From Candidatus Parvarchaeota archaeon (lineage in GTDB: Archaea; Nanobdellota; Nanobdellia; WJKC01): 63,187 nt of DNA. A program made the position numbers and the translations under genes. Below are positions 55,763-63,187 of this stretch, in pieces. The notes under the pieces were generated by a model. It was not told where the DNA came from. It ran no database searches and was given only the letters and a program-made list of their open reading frames with translations. Position 1 is the stretch's first letter; the number at the start of each line of letters is the position of its first letter. The stretch spans positions 1-63,187 of the forward strand of contig JAFCFT010000010.1 of assembly GCA_017608505.1 (NCBI GenBank), read 5' to 3'.

Positions 55763-55879
55763 TTATTTTCGATTCATTCTTTTTTCATAGCATTCTCTGC
55801 AGTACACAGGCCTGCCTTCCCTTGGCTTAAACGGCACTTCGCAGTCTTTTTTGCAGTCACTGCACTTTGCTGGATACAT
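55763..55879 (-). CDS. CxxC-x17-CxxC zinc-finger mini-protein (38 aa)
   Basis: MYPAKCSDCKKDCEVPFKPREGRPVYCRECYEKRMNRK. Below the ORF-track cutoff. The C..C…VPFxP…RPVYCxxC pattern is a known small zinc-binding domain. Confidence 0.6.
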   Translation of the reverse strand: MYPAKCSDCKKDCEVPFKPREGRPVYCRECYEKRMNRK

Positions 55880-55991
55880 CTTCACTGTTTCACCTCCATT
55901 TGCTTGCGATTTTAAAAGAAATCCCTTAAAATCTATGCTTGTAAATACTTTTCATTATATAAATCTTCTTAAAAAGCAATCAAAAAAGTTT

Positions 55992-56306
55992 TTATTTTCT
56001 CTTAGCGCGTATTTCTGCACCGCAAAATCCACAATAATTCCACGATTTTGGAAGCAAAGAATAGCACCTAAAACAAGGAACTATGTTATTTTTGTAATTC
56101 ATAATATAGGTTAATAAAGTCTGTGGATTATCATATCTACTCATAGTTTCGATCTCACTCTGATTATTAACAGCAAAACCCAAATATTTTTTAACAGTGT
56201 CCTTTATTTCATCATAAAAAGGATTGCTTACTTTCTCATTTAGCGCTGTTTTAATAAAGTCACTTAATTTTTCAGGCAATTCTTTGCAAAGTTCATCTAA
56301 ATCCAT
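55992..56306 (-). CDS. hypothetical protein with C-terminal zinc ribbon
   Basis: CFRC…CGFCG in the last 30 aa. Confidence 0.45.
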   Translation of the reverse strand: MDLDELCKELPEKLSDFIKTALNEKVSNPFYDEIKDTVKKYLGFAVNNQSEIETMSRYDNPQTLLTYIMNYKNNIVPCFRCYSLLPKSWNYCGFCGAEIRAKRK

Positions 56307-56404
56307 GACAATATTTTTCCAAAAAGTAATTTATTAATCTTGTTATTATTTTTATTATTAAAAAAAGCAAACTTTATAAATGAATTTTTTAATCTCGAAC
56401 AGCC

Positions 56405-58483
56405 ATGGACAATTATGTACACAGCTCTGAATTTGAAAATCAAGAAATTAAGGAAATCATATCTAAATTCCCTGAAATACCTAATGATTATTTTATTAAA
56501 AAATACAATAACAAAGGATTAAATGAAAAATACAAAATAAAATGCAACAATAAAAAATACATTCTTTATAAAATTTCTAGAGACAGGGCCATACGAACAA
56601 AATATGTTGAAGAAGCATATAACACAATAAAGCCAAAAAACATAATAAATGCGTCAGAACTTTTCAAAACTCTTGACCAAAAACTTTTTTATGAAACTGA
56701 AGACGGATTTTTCGGACTAAAAGAATATACTGGAAAAACCCTTGCTCACTTATGGGAGAAATTCATAGAGTATGAAAAAAAAGGAGACCCAAAATATCTG
56801 TCTGAAACAAGAGCCCTAAAAAGAAAATTAGAATCTGAACTTAATGGAATTATTCTATCTGACTTTGATGTTTTTGTCCGCTGGTACATGAATTTAGATG
56901 ATATGCTTGTAGATGAAGTAAACAGAGAACACGGTTATAGTCTTAGTCACTCTGAAATATACGCTGAAATCGGCATCCAATTAGCAAAGCTGTTCTTAGA
57001 AACAAGAACAGAAGTGCCAGTTCGTTCTAAAAAAGACGTTAAAAAAACATTTAATAATTATCTAAATGACTTAGCAAAATATTGCAGAAAAGTAGGGTAT
57101 TCAAAAAAAGTCTTAAAAAAAGCAACCAATTCCTTAACAAAACACCTTTTAGAACTAAGTAAAAATTATGTTTCTCTTTGTTACGTAGATATCAAAAAAG
57201 AAAACATTGCAATAGAAAGTTACGTTAATGAGCAAGGCAAAAGAATAGGAAGAATTAAATTCATTGACTATGATTCATTTAGAAGATGCAACAGCGTTAC
57301 TGATTTATGCATAGCATCTCATTTCCCTTCTTCTTCAAAGGAAAATATTCCTTACACGTATTCTCATCTTTCAGAAGAGGTTCCTGATTTTTATCTTTAT
57401 TACCTCGAAGAAAAAACATACCAGTTGCCTCTAGATGAGTCTTTTTGGTTTGATTATTATTTTCGTCGGCTTAAAGATGTGGTTGAAGATTATAGAAATT
57501 TTTGGTTATTAATCACAAGAAACGAGATTGAAAAAATTTTGAGAGAAGGAAGGGAAGGAAAAAAAGCAACATTAGAGGATGTAATCATGCCACTATATAT
57601 GGAATTATATTCAAATTATCATTTAAGTCAATATCTTTACGGCGACAATATCAAAAAGGCATGGTTGTTTAATGACAAAGAAAAACACAAAAATTTGTTA
57701 GGAAACCTAAGAATTTACAGAACGCCTGATGACGTTCTTTACATTTATAAGCGTCAATTATTTAGGTCTGAATTCAAGTTCGGATTTACTAGAAAAATGC
57801 TTGAAAATTTGTCATTTAAGCCAATTTTAAATCTTGTTAAAATTGAAAACGCGCAAAGATTTAAAGAACACATGTATAATAGTTCTCACAGACCAGAGTT
57901 AATCAGATGTATAAAGCATTCTTTTAGTAACCTTGAAAATCCAATAATCAAAGAATTCAACAAATTTGAAAAAGCACGCTTAAAAGACACTAAAAAGATT
58001 TTAAAACAAGTGTTGCCAGAAATTTTAAAAATCAAGCCACTAAAGAAAAAAGAACTGCCAAATCCTGAAGAATACAAGACTTTAAAGCAGGATGTTAAAA
58101 ATTTCAAGAAAGTTGTAAAAGCATTAAAAAAGCACAGAGTTAAACACAAAGTAGGCGAAGTGCTCGAACTCCCACAGTATGAATGCATTCCAGAATTTGG
58201 ATTAAAAGAGAATTACATACGCATTTTATTTGATGAAAATCTTATTCACGATCTAGAAAACATACTTTTTAGCAAATACCAATTTGAAGACCCTAATGTG
58301 ATGCATTTTAAAAGAATTTCTTTAGAAGATATGGAAAAAAAATTAGAGAAATATATAGCGCATGGATTGCTTAAAAAACGAGATATTAAAAAAGCACATA
58401 AATATCTAAAAAAATTAAAATCAAACGAAATAGAGGCTCTCCACGTTAATCTTAATAAGCTCTCTTGTTATCAATACCAGTGA
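56405..58483 (+). CDS. large protein with N-terminal APH/choline-kinase-like (protein-kinase-fold) region
   Basis: KGLNEKYKIKCNNKKYILYKIS (N-lobe), LCYVDIKKENIAI (catalytic-loop-like D-x-K-x2-N), IKFIDYDSF (DFG-like). The ~350-aa K-rich helical C-terminal half is unassigned. Confidence 0.45.
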   Translation: MDNYVHSSEFENQEIKEIISKFPEIPNDYFIKKYNNKGLNEKYKIKCNNKKYILYKISRDRAIRTKYVEEAYNTIKPKNIINASELFKTLDQKLFYETEDGFFGLKEYTGKTLAHLWEKFIEYEKKGDPKYLSETRALKRKLESELNGIILSDFDVFVRWYMNLDDMLVDEVNREHGYSLSHSEIYAEIGIQLAKLFLETRTEVPVRSKKDVKKTFNNYLNDLAKYCRKVGYSKKVLKKATNSLTKHLLELSKNYVSLCYVDIKKENIAIESYVNEQGKRIGRIKFIDYDSFRRCNSVTDLCIASHFPSSSKENIPYTYSHLSEEVPDFYLYYLEEKTYQLPLDESFWFDYYFRRLKDVVEDYRNFWLLITRNEIEKILREGREGKKATLEDVIMPLYMELYSNYHLSQYLYGDNIKKAWLFNDKEKHKNLLGNLRIYRTPDDVLYIYKRQLFRSEFKFGFTRKMLENLSFKPILNLVKIENAQRFKEHMYNSSHRPELIRCIKHSFSNLENPIIKEFNKFEKARLKDTKKILKQVLPEILKIKPLKKKELPNPEEYKTLKQDVKNFKKVVKALKKHRVKHKVGEVLELPQYECIPEFGLKENYIRILFDENLIHDLENILFSKYQFEDPNVMHFKRISLEDMEKKLEKYIAHGLLKKRDIKKAHKYLKKLKSNEIEALHVNLNKLSCYQYQ

Positions 58484-59251
58484 TCTGTATGCTCTGTCTA
58501 AATCATAATGCCTAACTCCATTAACGAATGTATCTTTTTTTAATTTAAGGACATCATCCATTATTCTAAGAACTTTATCTAAATTGTCTTTATATGTAAC
58601 CATTCTTTGAAGTAGTTCAATGACCTTTTTAAAGTATTCATGAAAACTATTATTTTCACATTCAAAAAGAAAAGTACGCGCAATGACTCCTAATGAATCT
58701 GCAACTATGATCCAATTAGGCGACTCTCTGTCCACATTTATTAGCCTTTTTGTTGTGAATCTTAAAAATTGGACTTGGCCCTCATGCATTTTTATTAATT
58801 CTTTATCGCCAAGCAGGACAGCCCTTCCCAAATTAATTGTTGAATTAAATAATGTCTTTACTGCTTCTTCGAGACTTGTTCTTTGGACAAAAACAGAGAC
58901 TTTTATGCAATCCTCACTAACCTCAACCATGTTTAAAGAATAGTGCTTAAAAAGCGTTTTTTTAATTGTTTTTATTTGTTCGTTATTTAATTTATTTAGT
59001 AAGTGAATTGTTATTTCAGAAGCTCCGCTTTCAAAAGCGCCAATAACTAAGTGAATTAATCCTTCTGGGTTAGTTTCACTAACTTTTAATTCAAGCTTTT
59101 TTTCAATTTGTTTTTCTGTGTTTAGGATAAGTTGCGAGTCTTTAATTACGCATTCTAATTCTTCACCTTTTTTTATTTTATTTTCATTTACCCACTTAAT
59201 TGGCAGACTAATAAAATATAATTTGCCTGATTTTTGAACTTTCCTAATCAT
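58421..59251 (-). CDS. AbrB/SpoVT-domain plus PhoU-like regulator
   Basis: IRKVQKSGKLYFISLPIKWVNENKIKKGEELE matches the N-terminus of archaeal PhoU-type regulators. The helical remainder is consistent with this. Confidence 0.55.
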   Translation of the reverse strand: MIRKVQKSGKLYFISLPIKWVNENKIKKGEELECVIKDSQLILNTEKQIEKKLELKVSETNPEGLIHLVIGAFESGASEITIHLLNKLNNEQIKTIKKTLFKHYSLNMVEVSEDCIKVSVFVQRTSLEEAVKTLFNSTINLGRAVLLGDKELIKMHEGQVQFLRFTTKRLINVDRESPNWIIVADSLGVIARTFLFECENNSFHEYFKKVIELLQRMVTYKDNLDKVLRIMDDVLKLKKDTFVNGVRHYDLDRAYRSLVLITRELIKINVESLYFV

Positions 59252-59297
59252 AGTAGGTGTTAAGATTATTAATAATAATATTTAAATCTTTTGTTTT

Positions 59298-59615
59298 TTG
59301 ATGAAAAAAGTGGTGATTAAAATGAATTACGATTTTAAAGATAGGATATTATTAATACCAAAAAGCAAGGAAGACTATGAAAAGACAGTTCAGTTCTTGC
59401 AAAGCAAGAATCCTGTAAAGGAAGAATGCGTGGGCTGGACTTATTACGCTGTCTTTGAAAAAGATAAGAAGAGAATAACATACTTGGTTCCAAACTTGTA
59501 TTTCAAGCTTTATGAGAATGGTTACAATGGAAATCCAAAGATTCCCTGCAGAATTAGAATAGAGCTTGGAAACAATATTGAAAAAATCTTAGAAGAGGAG
59601 CTTGGAGGTGTTTAA
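59298..59615 (+). CDS. hypothetical protein
   Basis: 105-aa ORF, 2 nt from the next ORF. Confidence 0.4.
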   Translation: MMKKVVIKMNYDFKDRILLIPKSKEDYEKTVQFLQSKNPVKEECVGWTYYAVFEKDKKRITYLVPNLYFKLYENGYNGNPKIPCRIRIELGNNIEKILEEELGGV

Positions 59616-59617
59616 AC

Positions 59618-59944
59618 ATGGTTAATAACATATATGATATGTTAAAAAAAGAATACAAGTATCTTAGCAATATTGTAGAGAACATAAAGGATTACATTGA
59701 TAGAAAAGAATATTCAAAACTAAATAATGAATTTACCCACAAAATATATTTTTCAGTAAACTTTGTAATGCATTTAGCAGGGCAAGTCAATGAAAGAATA
59801 AAGAACAACACTCTTTTAGACGAATTAGGCGCGTCTCCTGAAAAGTGCGAAAGTTTAATCTCAAATCTTGAGGATAAAATACACGAAATTGGGAGGTATG
59901 CAACAGAATTAAAATGGTCAGAATTTCCAGAATATTTTAAGTGA
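59618..59944 (+). CDS. hypothetical helical protein
   Basis: 108-aa ORF with no secure motif. Confidence 0.4.
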   Translation: MVNNIYDMLKKEYKYLSNIVENIKDYIDRKEYSKLNNEFTHKIYFSVNFVMHLAGQVNERIKNNTLLDELGASPEKCESLISNLEDKIHEIGRYATELKWSEFPEYFK

Positions 59945-60524
59945 CTATTTTGCTTTTAAATTCTTTTATTATTTTTTCATAACCTTCTTTTTGCACTATG
60001 TCCCATGCGCGCGCGTAAATACTCTCTAATGTATTTGCTCTTGCAACATCTCTTTTTAATCTGGATTCGTCATAGAATTTATAATATATATGTGACAATA
60101 TTGCATTTAAAACTATATGTACTCTAACCCTAAAACTTTCATTTGGATATTTATTTTCAATGTGTTCCCATGCTTTTTCTGCTTCATTTTGTATAAACAA
60201 TTGATGTATTAGCTCATGAATCAACACGTCGTTAAACAAAGTTTTGTCTTTATAGGGGTGCATTGTCAAAGGGTCTGAAAACGGAATACATTTTCCAACA
60301 ATATAGCAGACTATTACGGGTTCTTGCCATTTAAGACCAGAAACTTCGCTTAATTCTTTTAGTATTTCTTGTTCTTTTTGACACCATATTTTTTTGAAGT
60401 CCTCTATGTAACCTTCAATTTCTTCGGGTTTGTACCAACTGCACTCCCACTTTTTGAGTGCGTAATATTCTTTCCAATGTTCATCATATATTAATGAATA
60501 TTTAAACACAATTTTTGGTATCAT
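59937..60524 (-). CDS. hypothetical protein with HExxH motif
   Basis: VLIHELIHQLF. Start moved to ATG 60524 because the ORF-track start overlaps tRNA-Thr. Confidence 0.45.
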   Translation of the reverse strand: MIPKIVFKYSLIYDEHWKEYYALKKWECSWYKPEEIEGYIEDFKKIWCQKEQEILKELSEVSGLKWQEPVIVCYIVGKCIPFSDPLTMHPYKDKTLFNDVLIHELIHQLFIQNEAEKAWEHIENKYPNESFRVRVHIVLNAILSHIYYKFYDESRLKRDVARANTLESIYARAWDIVQKEGYEKIIKEFKSKIVT

Positions 60525-60526
60525 AA

Positions 60527-60600
60527 AGCCCCGGGTGAGATTCGAACTCACGACCTGCTGGTTACAAGCCAGCCGCTCTAACCAACTGAGCTACCGAGGC
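60527..60600 (-). tRNA. tRNA-Thr (anticodon UGU), intron-less
   Basis: GCCTCGG-TA-GCTC…GAGC-G-GCTGG-CTTGTAA-CCAGC-AGGTC-GTGAG-TTCGAAT-CTCAC-CCGGGGC-T. Confidence 0.9.
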
Positions 60601-60646
60601 TTATTAAAGAATAAATATTAAATTCTTTTTTAAAGATTGCTGTAAA

Positions 60647-60952
60647 TTAGCTAAATAATGTTGAGAAGACTGTCCACGCGCCTTTTATTAGTATTATAAA
60701 AGCAAACAAATATGCAATGCTGTATGCAATTCCATAATTAAGAAATAACAATCCTATGGCGCCTGTTACTAAGTCAAGCAAGCCAAGAACAAATATTGGC
60801 AGACAGGTGCGTCCTGTAAAAGTGCTCCAAAGACCTTTAAGCAAGAGCAAAGAAAGCAGAATTGCAGTAAATTGTCTAAAAACATCATAATTATAAGAGA
60901 CCATGCTTACAAGACCTGTTATTGCATCCAGCAGGCCAAGGTAAAAGATCAT
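60647..60952 (-). CDS. small 4-TM membrane protein with internal 2-TM duplication
   Basis: LGLLDAITGLV…LLLLKGLWSTF is repeated as LGLLDLVTGAI…FIILIKGAWTVF. ATG at 60952 avoids overlap with the SWIM gene. Confidence 0.5.
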   Translation of the reverse strand: MIFYLGLLDAITGLVSMVSYNYDVFRQFTAILLSLLLLKGLWSTFTGRTCLPIFVLGLLDLVTGAIGLLFLNYGIAYSIAYLFAFIILIKGAWTVFSTLFS

Positions 60953-60963
60953 AGTTTTTAGCA

Positions 60964-61254
60964 CTATTGCTTCCTTTTTAAATGCACTGCTAAAATGTGC
61001 GCGCAGTACTTGCCAGTATTTATTGTCCTCGTCGTGTACCACTTGCAGTCGCAGGTCCAGTCAAGTGGCGGTTCTTTTTCGCTTTTGTAAATAACAACGT
61101 GTTCAGTGCCCTTAAATGGGTCCCGCACAGCGTATGCTACATGCTTTTCAGTTTCATAAAGTTTGTCAACTGTAAGCGTGTGTGCCCTTTCAATGCTTGT
61201 TTTGTTAAAGTTTTTTTCATTGATTTCAGAGTATTTAAGGAAGCGCGGGTTCAT
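60964..61254 (-). CDS. SWIM zinc-finger protein
   Basis: WTCDCKWYTTRTINTGKYCAHILAV gives the CxCx(n)CxH signature. Confidence 0.65.
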   Translation of the reverse strand: MNPRFLKYSEINEKNFNKTSIERAHTLTVDKLYETEKHVAYAVRDPFKGTEHVVIYKSEKEPPLDWTCDCKWYTTRTINTGKYCAHILAVHLKRKQ

Positions 61255-61261
61255 ACACGCG

Positions 61262-62611
61262 TTAAGCCTCCTCTTCAGGCTTTAGTACTTCAGGCTCAGC
61301 GCCGCCGTGCCAAGTCACTCTTGGCTGTATTTGAATAGGATATATTCTTTCAAGCTTGTCATCAAGCACAATTGCGCATCCCCTGATTTTTGGAAGCGAG
61401 TCTATGTACTTTTGGATATCTCCAGCAAGATATGTTTGCATGACTTGATTCAATGCTGCAATGTCTATGCGCGCTGTCAAGCGGTGGCTTAAAACTATGT
61501 CTGACTGCGTGATAACGTCTGTGTGGACTTTGCCTGGCTGTTGCGTTGCAAGCACTAAAGATATCCCTGGCTGTCTGCCTTCTCTGATGACTTGGATTAA
61601 AGGGCCTGATGCAAGTGTTTCGCCTTCTCTTGGCAAAAATTCATGGGCTTCGTCAATAAATATCCATACTTGGGGAATGTTTGTAACTTTCTCGCGTTCT
61701 TTGTACATTTCTTCAAGCGCTCTGTATCCTTTTTGTATTAGTGCCAGCTCTTCAATTTTGCGCGCAACCATCCGCTCTTCTAGAATTTTTTTGCTGATTA
61801 ATCCAATAACTAGCGCTCTTATGCTAAAGCCACCCATCATGTGCGCATATCCCGATATGTCTATAATGCTTGTTTTGCCTCTTTTAAGCAACTCAACTGT
61901 TTTTGAGCCTTCTTTTGTAAACAAGCCCCAAGTTTTTACGCTAGAGAACAAGTTGATTACTGCTTCTTTAGCGGTCTTGTCTGCTTTTTCGTCAGCTTCA
62001 ACTTCAGCAATTATATCATCAATGCCATAAGGCGCGCCAGATTCCATTAGCCTGCCTATAACTCTTGTAATTAAAATTCCAAGCAAGCCCGTTACTTCAA
62101 CGTTAAACAACATACACCACTCTATGCTTGAGATCTCATTGCACGCAATACTAAATGACTCATCAACCGGGATGCCTGCTTCTTTGAATTTTTCATATAA
62201 CCCTTGTGGCACGTATATTATGACCTTGTCTTCAAGACCTTTTGGCTCCATTTTCCATTTTGCTAAAAGTTCTTCACCCCTGTAGTTTGGATATTTCATA
62301 GTCCAGTAAATGCCCATTGTGTCAAATATTAATGCAGCCATATTGTATGCTACTTCTTCTGGCATTTGCACCATGGCTTCTGCAATTACGCCTATACTAT
62401 ATGACTTTCCAGATCCGCGCTTGCCGCATACGAGTATTAAGTGCGGTCTTGCAACATCCAACAATATTCTATTTGCAAGGCTTATTGTTTTGCCCATTGT
62501 TATGTACTGCTTGCCTATTTTTATTGCGCCTCTGGAGCCATACTTCTTTAAGTCATCTTCAGTTCTTCCAAGTATTATGTCATGAACCATTACAATGATA
62601 TTAAAATGCAT
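61262..62611 (-). CDS. HerA/FtsK-superfamily ATPase (DUF87/COG0433-like)
   Basis: Walker A GKRGSGKSYS, Walker B VWIFIDEAHEF, ATQQPG. An alternative ATG lies at 62590. Confidence 0.8.
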   Translation of the reverse strand: MHFNIIVMVHDIILGRTEDDLKKYGSRGAIKIGKQYITMGKTISLANRILLDVARPHLILVCGKRGSGKSYSIGVIAEAMVQMPEEVAYNMAALIFDTMGIYWTMKYPNYRGEELLAKWKMEPKGLEDKVIIYVPQGLYEKFKEAGIPVDESFSIACNEISSIEWCMLFNVEVTGLLGILITRVIGRLMESGAPYGIDDIIAEVEADEKADKTAKEAVINLFSSVKTWGLFTKEGSKTVELLKRGKTSIIDISGYAHMMGGFSIRALVIGLISKKILEERMVARKIEELALIQKGYRALEEMYKEREKVTNIPQVWIFIDEAHEFLPREGETLASGPLIQVIREGRQPGISLVLATQQPGKVHTDVITQSDIVLSHRLTARIDIAALNQVMQTYLAGDIQKYIDSLPKIRGCAIVLDDKLERIYPIQIQPRVTWHGGAEPEVLKPEEEA

Positions 62612-62655
62612 GGATGTATAAAAAGATTTATAAAGAGGTGTTTTAAAACCTTTTT

Positions 62656-63047
62656 ATGGGCACATTTACAGATGATATTGAATACAAATACTTGTTTAAA
62701 ACAGTTGGGCATCCTGTTAATTTGAGGCTTTATGAAGATATTAAATCAATTTTAGATGCTGAAAAGTGCGGACCTGCAGGACGCATCCCTTCTTCAAACA
62801 GAATAGGTGTTGATTTTTATACAGCAAATATTGCGTGTGAAGACAAGCAGAAAAATATAAAGAGTTGTTTAAAGATACTTATAAAGGTGCATTTATAGGA
62901 TTTGCAGTTGATGACACAGACAGTAATTTGTCTTCTCAAATACTTAGTGACTTCAAAGAAGCGGGGTGCGAATATACAAAATCAATCAAAAATCCTTCCA
63001 AATTATTAGATGAATTAAAAATTGCAGGCGAATATTTAATGGATTAA
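62656..63047 (+). pseudogene. frameshifted paralog of 47303..47737 (P-loop-less Ras/Rab-like)
   Basis: YLFKTVGHPVNLRLYEDIKSILD and NRIGVDFYT (Rab-like TIGVDF), then a frame change to ELFKDTYKGAFIGFAVDD…KEAGCEY…LLDELKIAG. Collinear with the paralog but missing the WxxxxxE strand. Confidence 0.5.
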
Positions 63048-63061
63048 TCAAGGTGCATTCG

Positions 63062-63187
63062 GGTTAAGTGACTTTAATTGTGTTTTTATTTTCTCAGCTT
63101 CTTACTTTTATTATGTAATAAATCTAAAAAATAAAAATTGCAGGAGGTGATGTCCAAATGGACATCCAATTGTTTTTAACTAGTTAT
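63062..63187 (+). mobile_element. IS6-family-like insertion sequence, 5' end (truncated by window edge)
   Basis: GGTTAAGTGAC terminus, ~50 bp identical in layout to the MITE left end, AGGAGGTG RBS, and ATG at 63159 (MDIQLFLTSY… compared with MKLQCVLSSF… of the 48553 copy). Confidence 0.7.

Noticed and set aside
59298-59944. Minimal nucleotidyltransferase/HEPN toxin-antitoxin pair
   Set aside because: The size and tandem layout fit. However, the first protein lacks the GSxxxG…DxD signature and the second lacks a clear RxxxxH motif.

Overview
AT-rich archaeal chromosome segment. The archaeal assignment rests on r-proteins eS8, eL43, eL18, uL13 and uS9, RpoN, TFB, archease plus RtcB, a two-subunit 2-oxoacid:ferredoxin oxidoreductase, and tRNA genes with multiple introns. 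The small proteome and many orphan ORFs fit a DPANN-like lineage, but that is inference only. No rRNA genes and no CRISPR array are visible.

Housekeeping genes (tyrS, thiI, guaB, eno, PolX, OFOR, a MacB-type ABC transporter, an intein-containing rtcB, the rpl18e-rpl13-rps9 cluster) are interleaved with accessory and decaying stretches. These include:
- four copies or derivatives of one IS6-like element: two truncated by the window edges, one frameshifted full-length copy, and one 194-bp MITE-like deletion derivative;
- one IS5/IS4-like element;
- at least seven frameshifted, stop-interrupted or deleted genes: a YhhQ-type transporter, a SplB-type radical SAM gene, a PIN-domain gene, TA-like remnants, and three orphan genes.

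The most unusual signals, in my reading:
1. A family of homologous non-canonical introns sits at the same T-loop site in four of the five tRNA genes. A related GC-rich hairpin element lies outside any tRNA body, inside a tandemly repeated promoter plus 5'-fragment array upstream of a second tRNA-Pro. That tRNA-Pro's spliced anticodon reads AGG.
2. Two paralogous Ras/Rab-like proteins lack a P-loop. They flank inverted IS6 copies and lie close to a JAB/MPN protein and a longin/roadblock-like protein.
3. A tight operon encodes a HerA-like ATPase, a SWIM zinc-finger protein and a 4-TM protein.
4. Two tandem paralogs of unknown function share a PMDxHVHxDNY motif.

All functional calls come from by-eye motif recognition. 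IS ends, intron borders and start codons are good to a few nucleotides at best.
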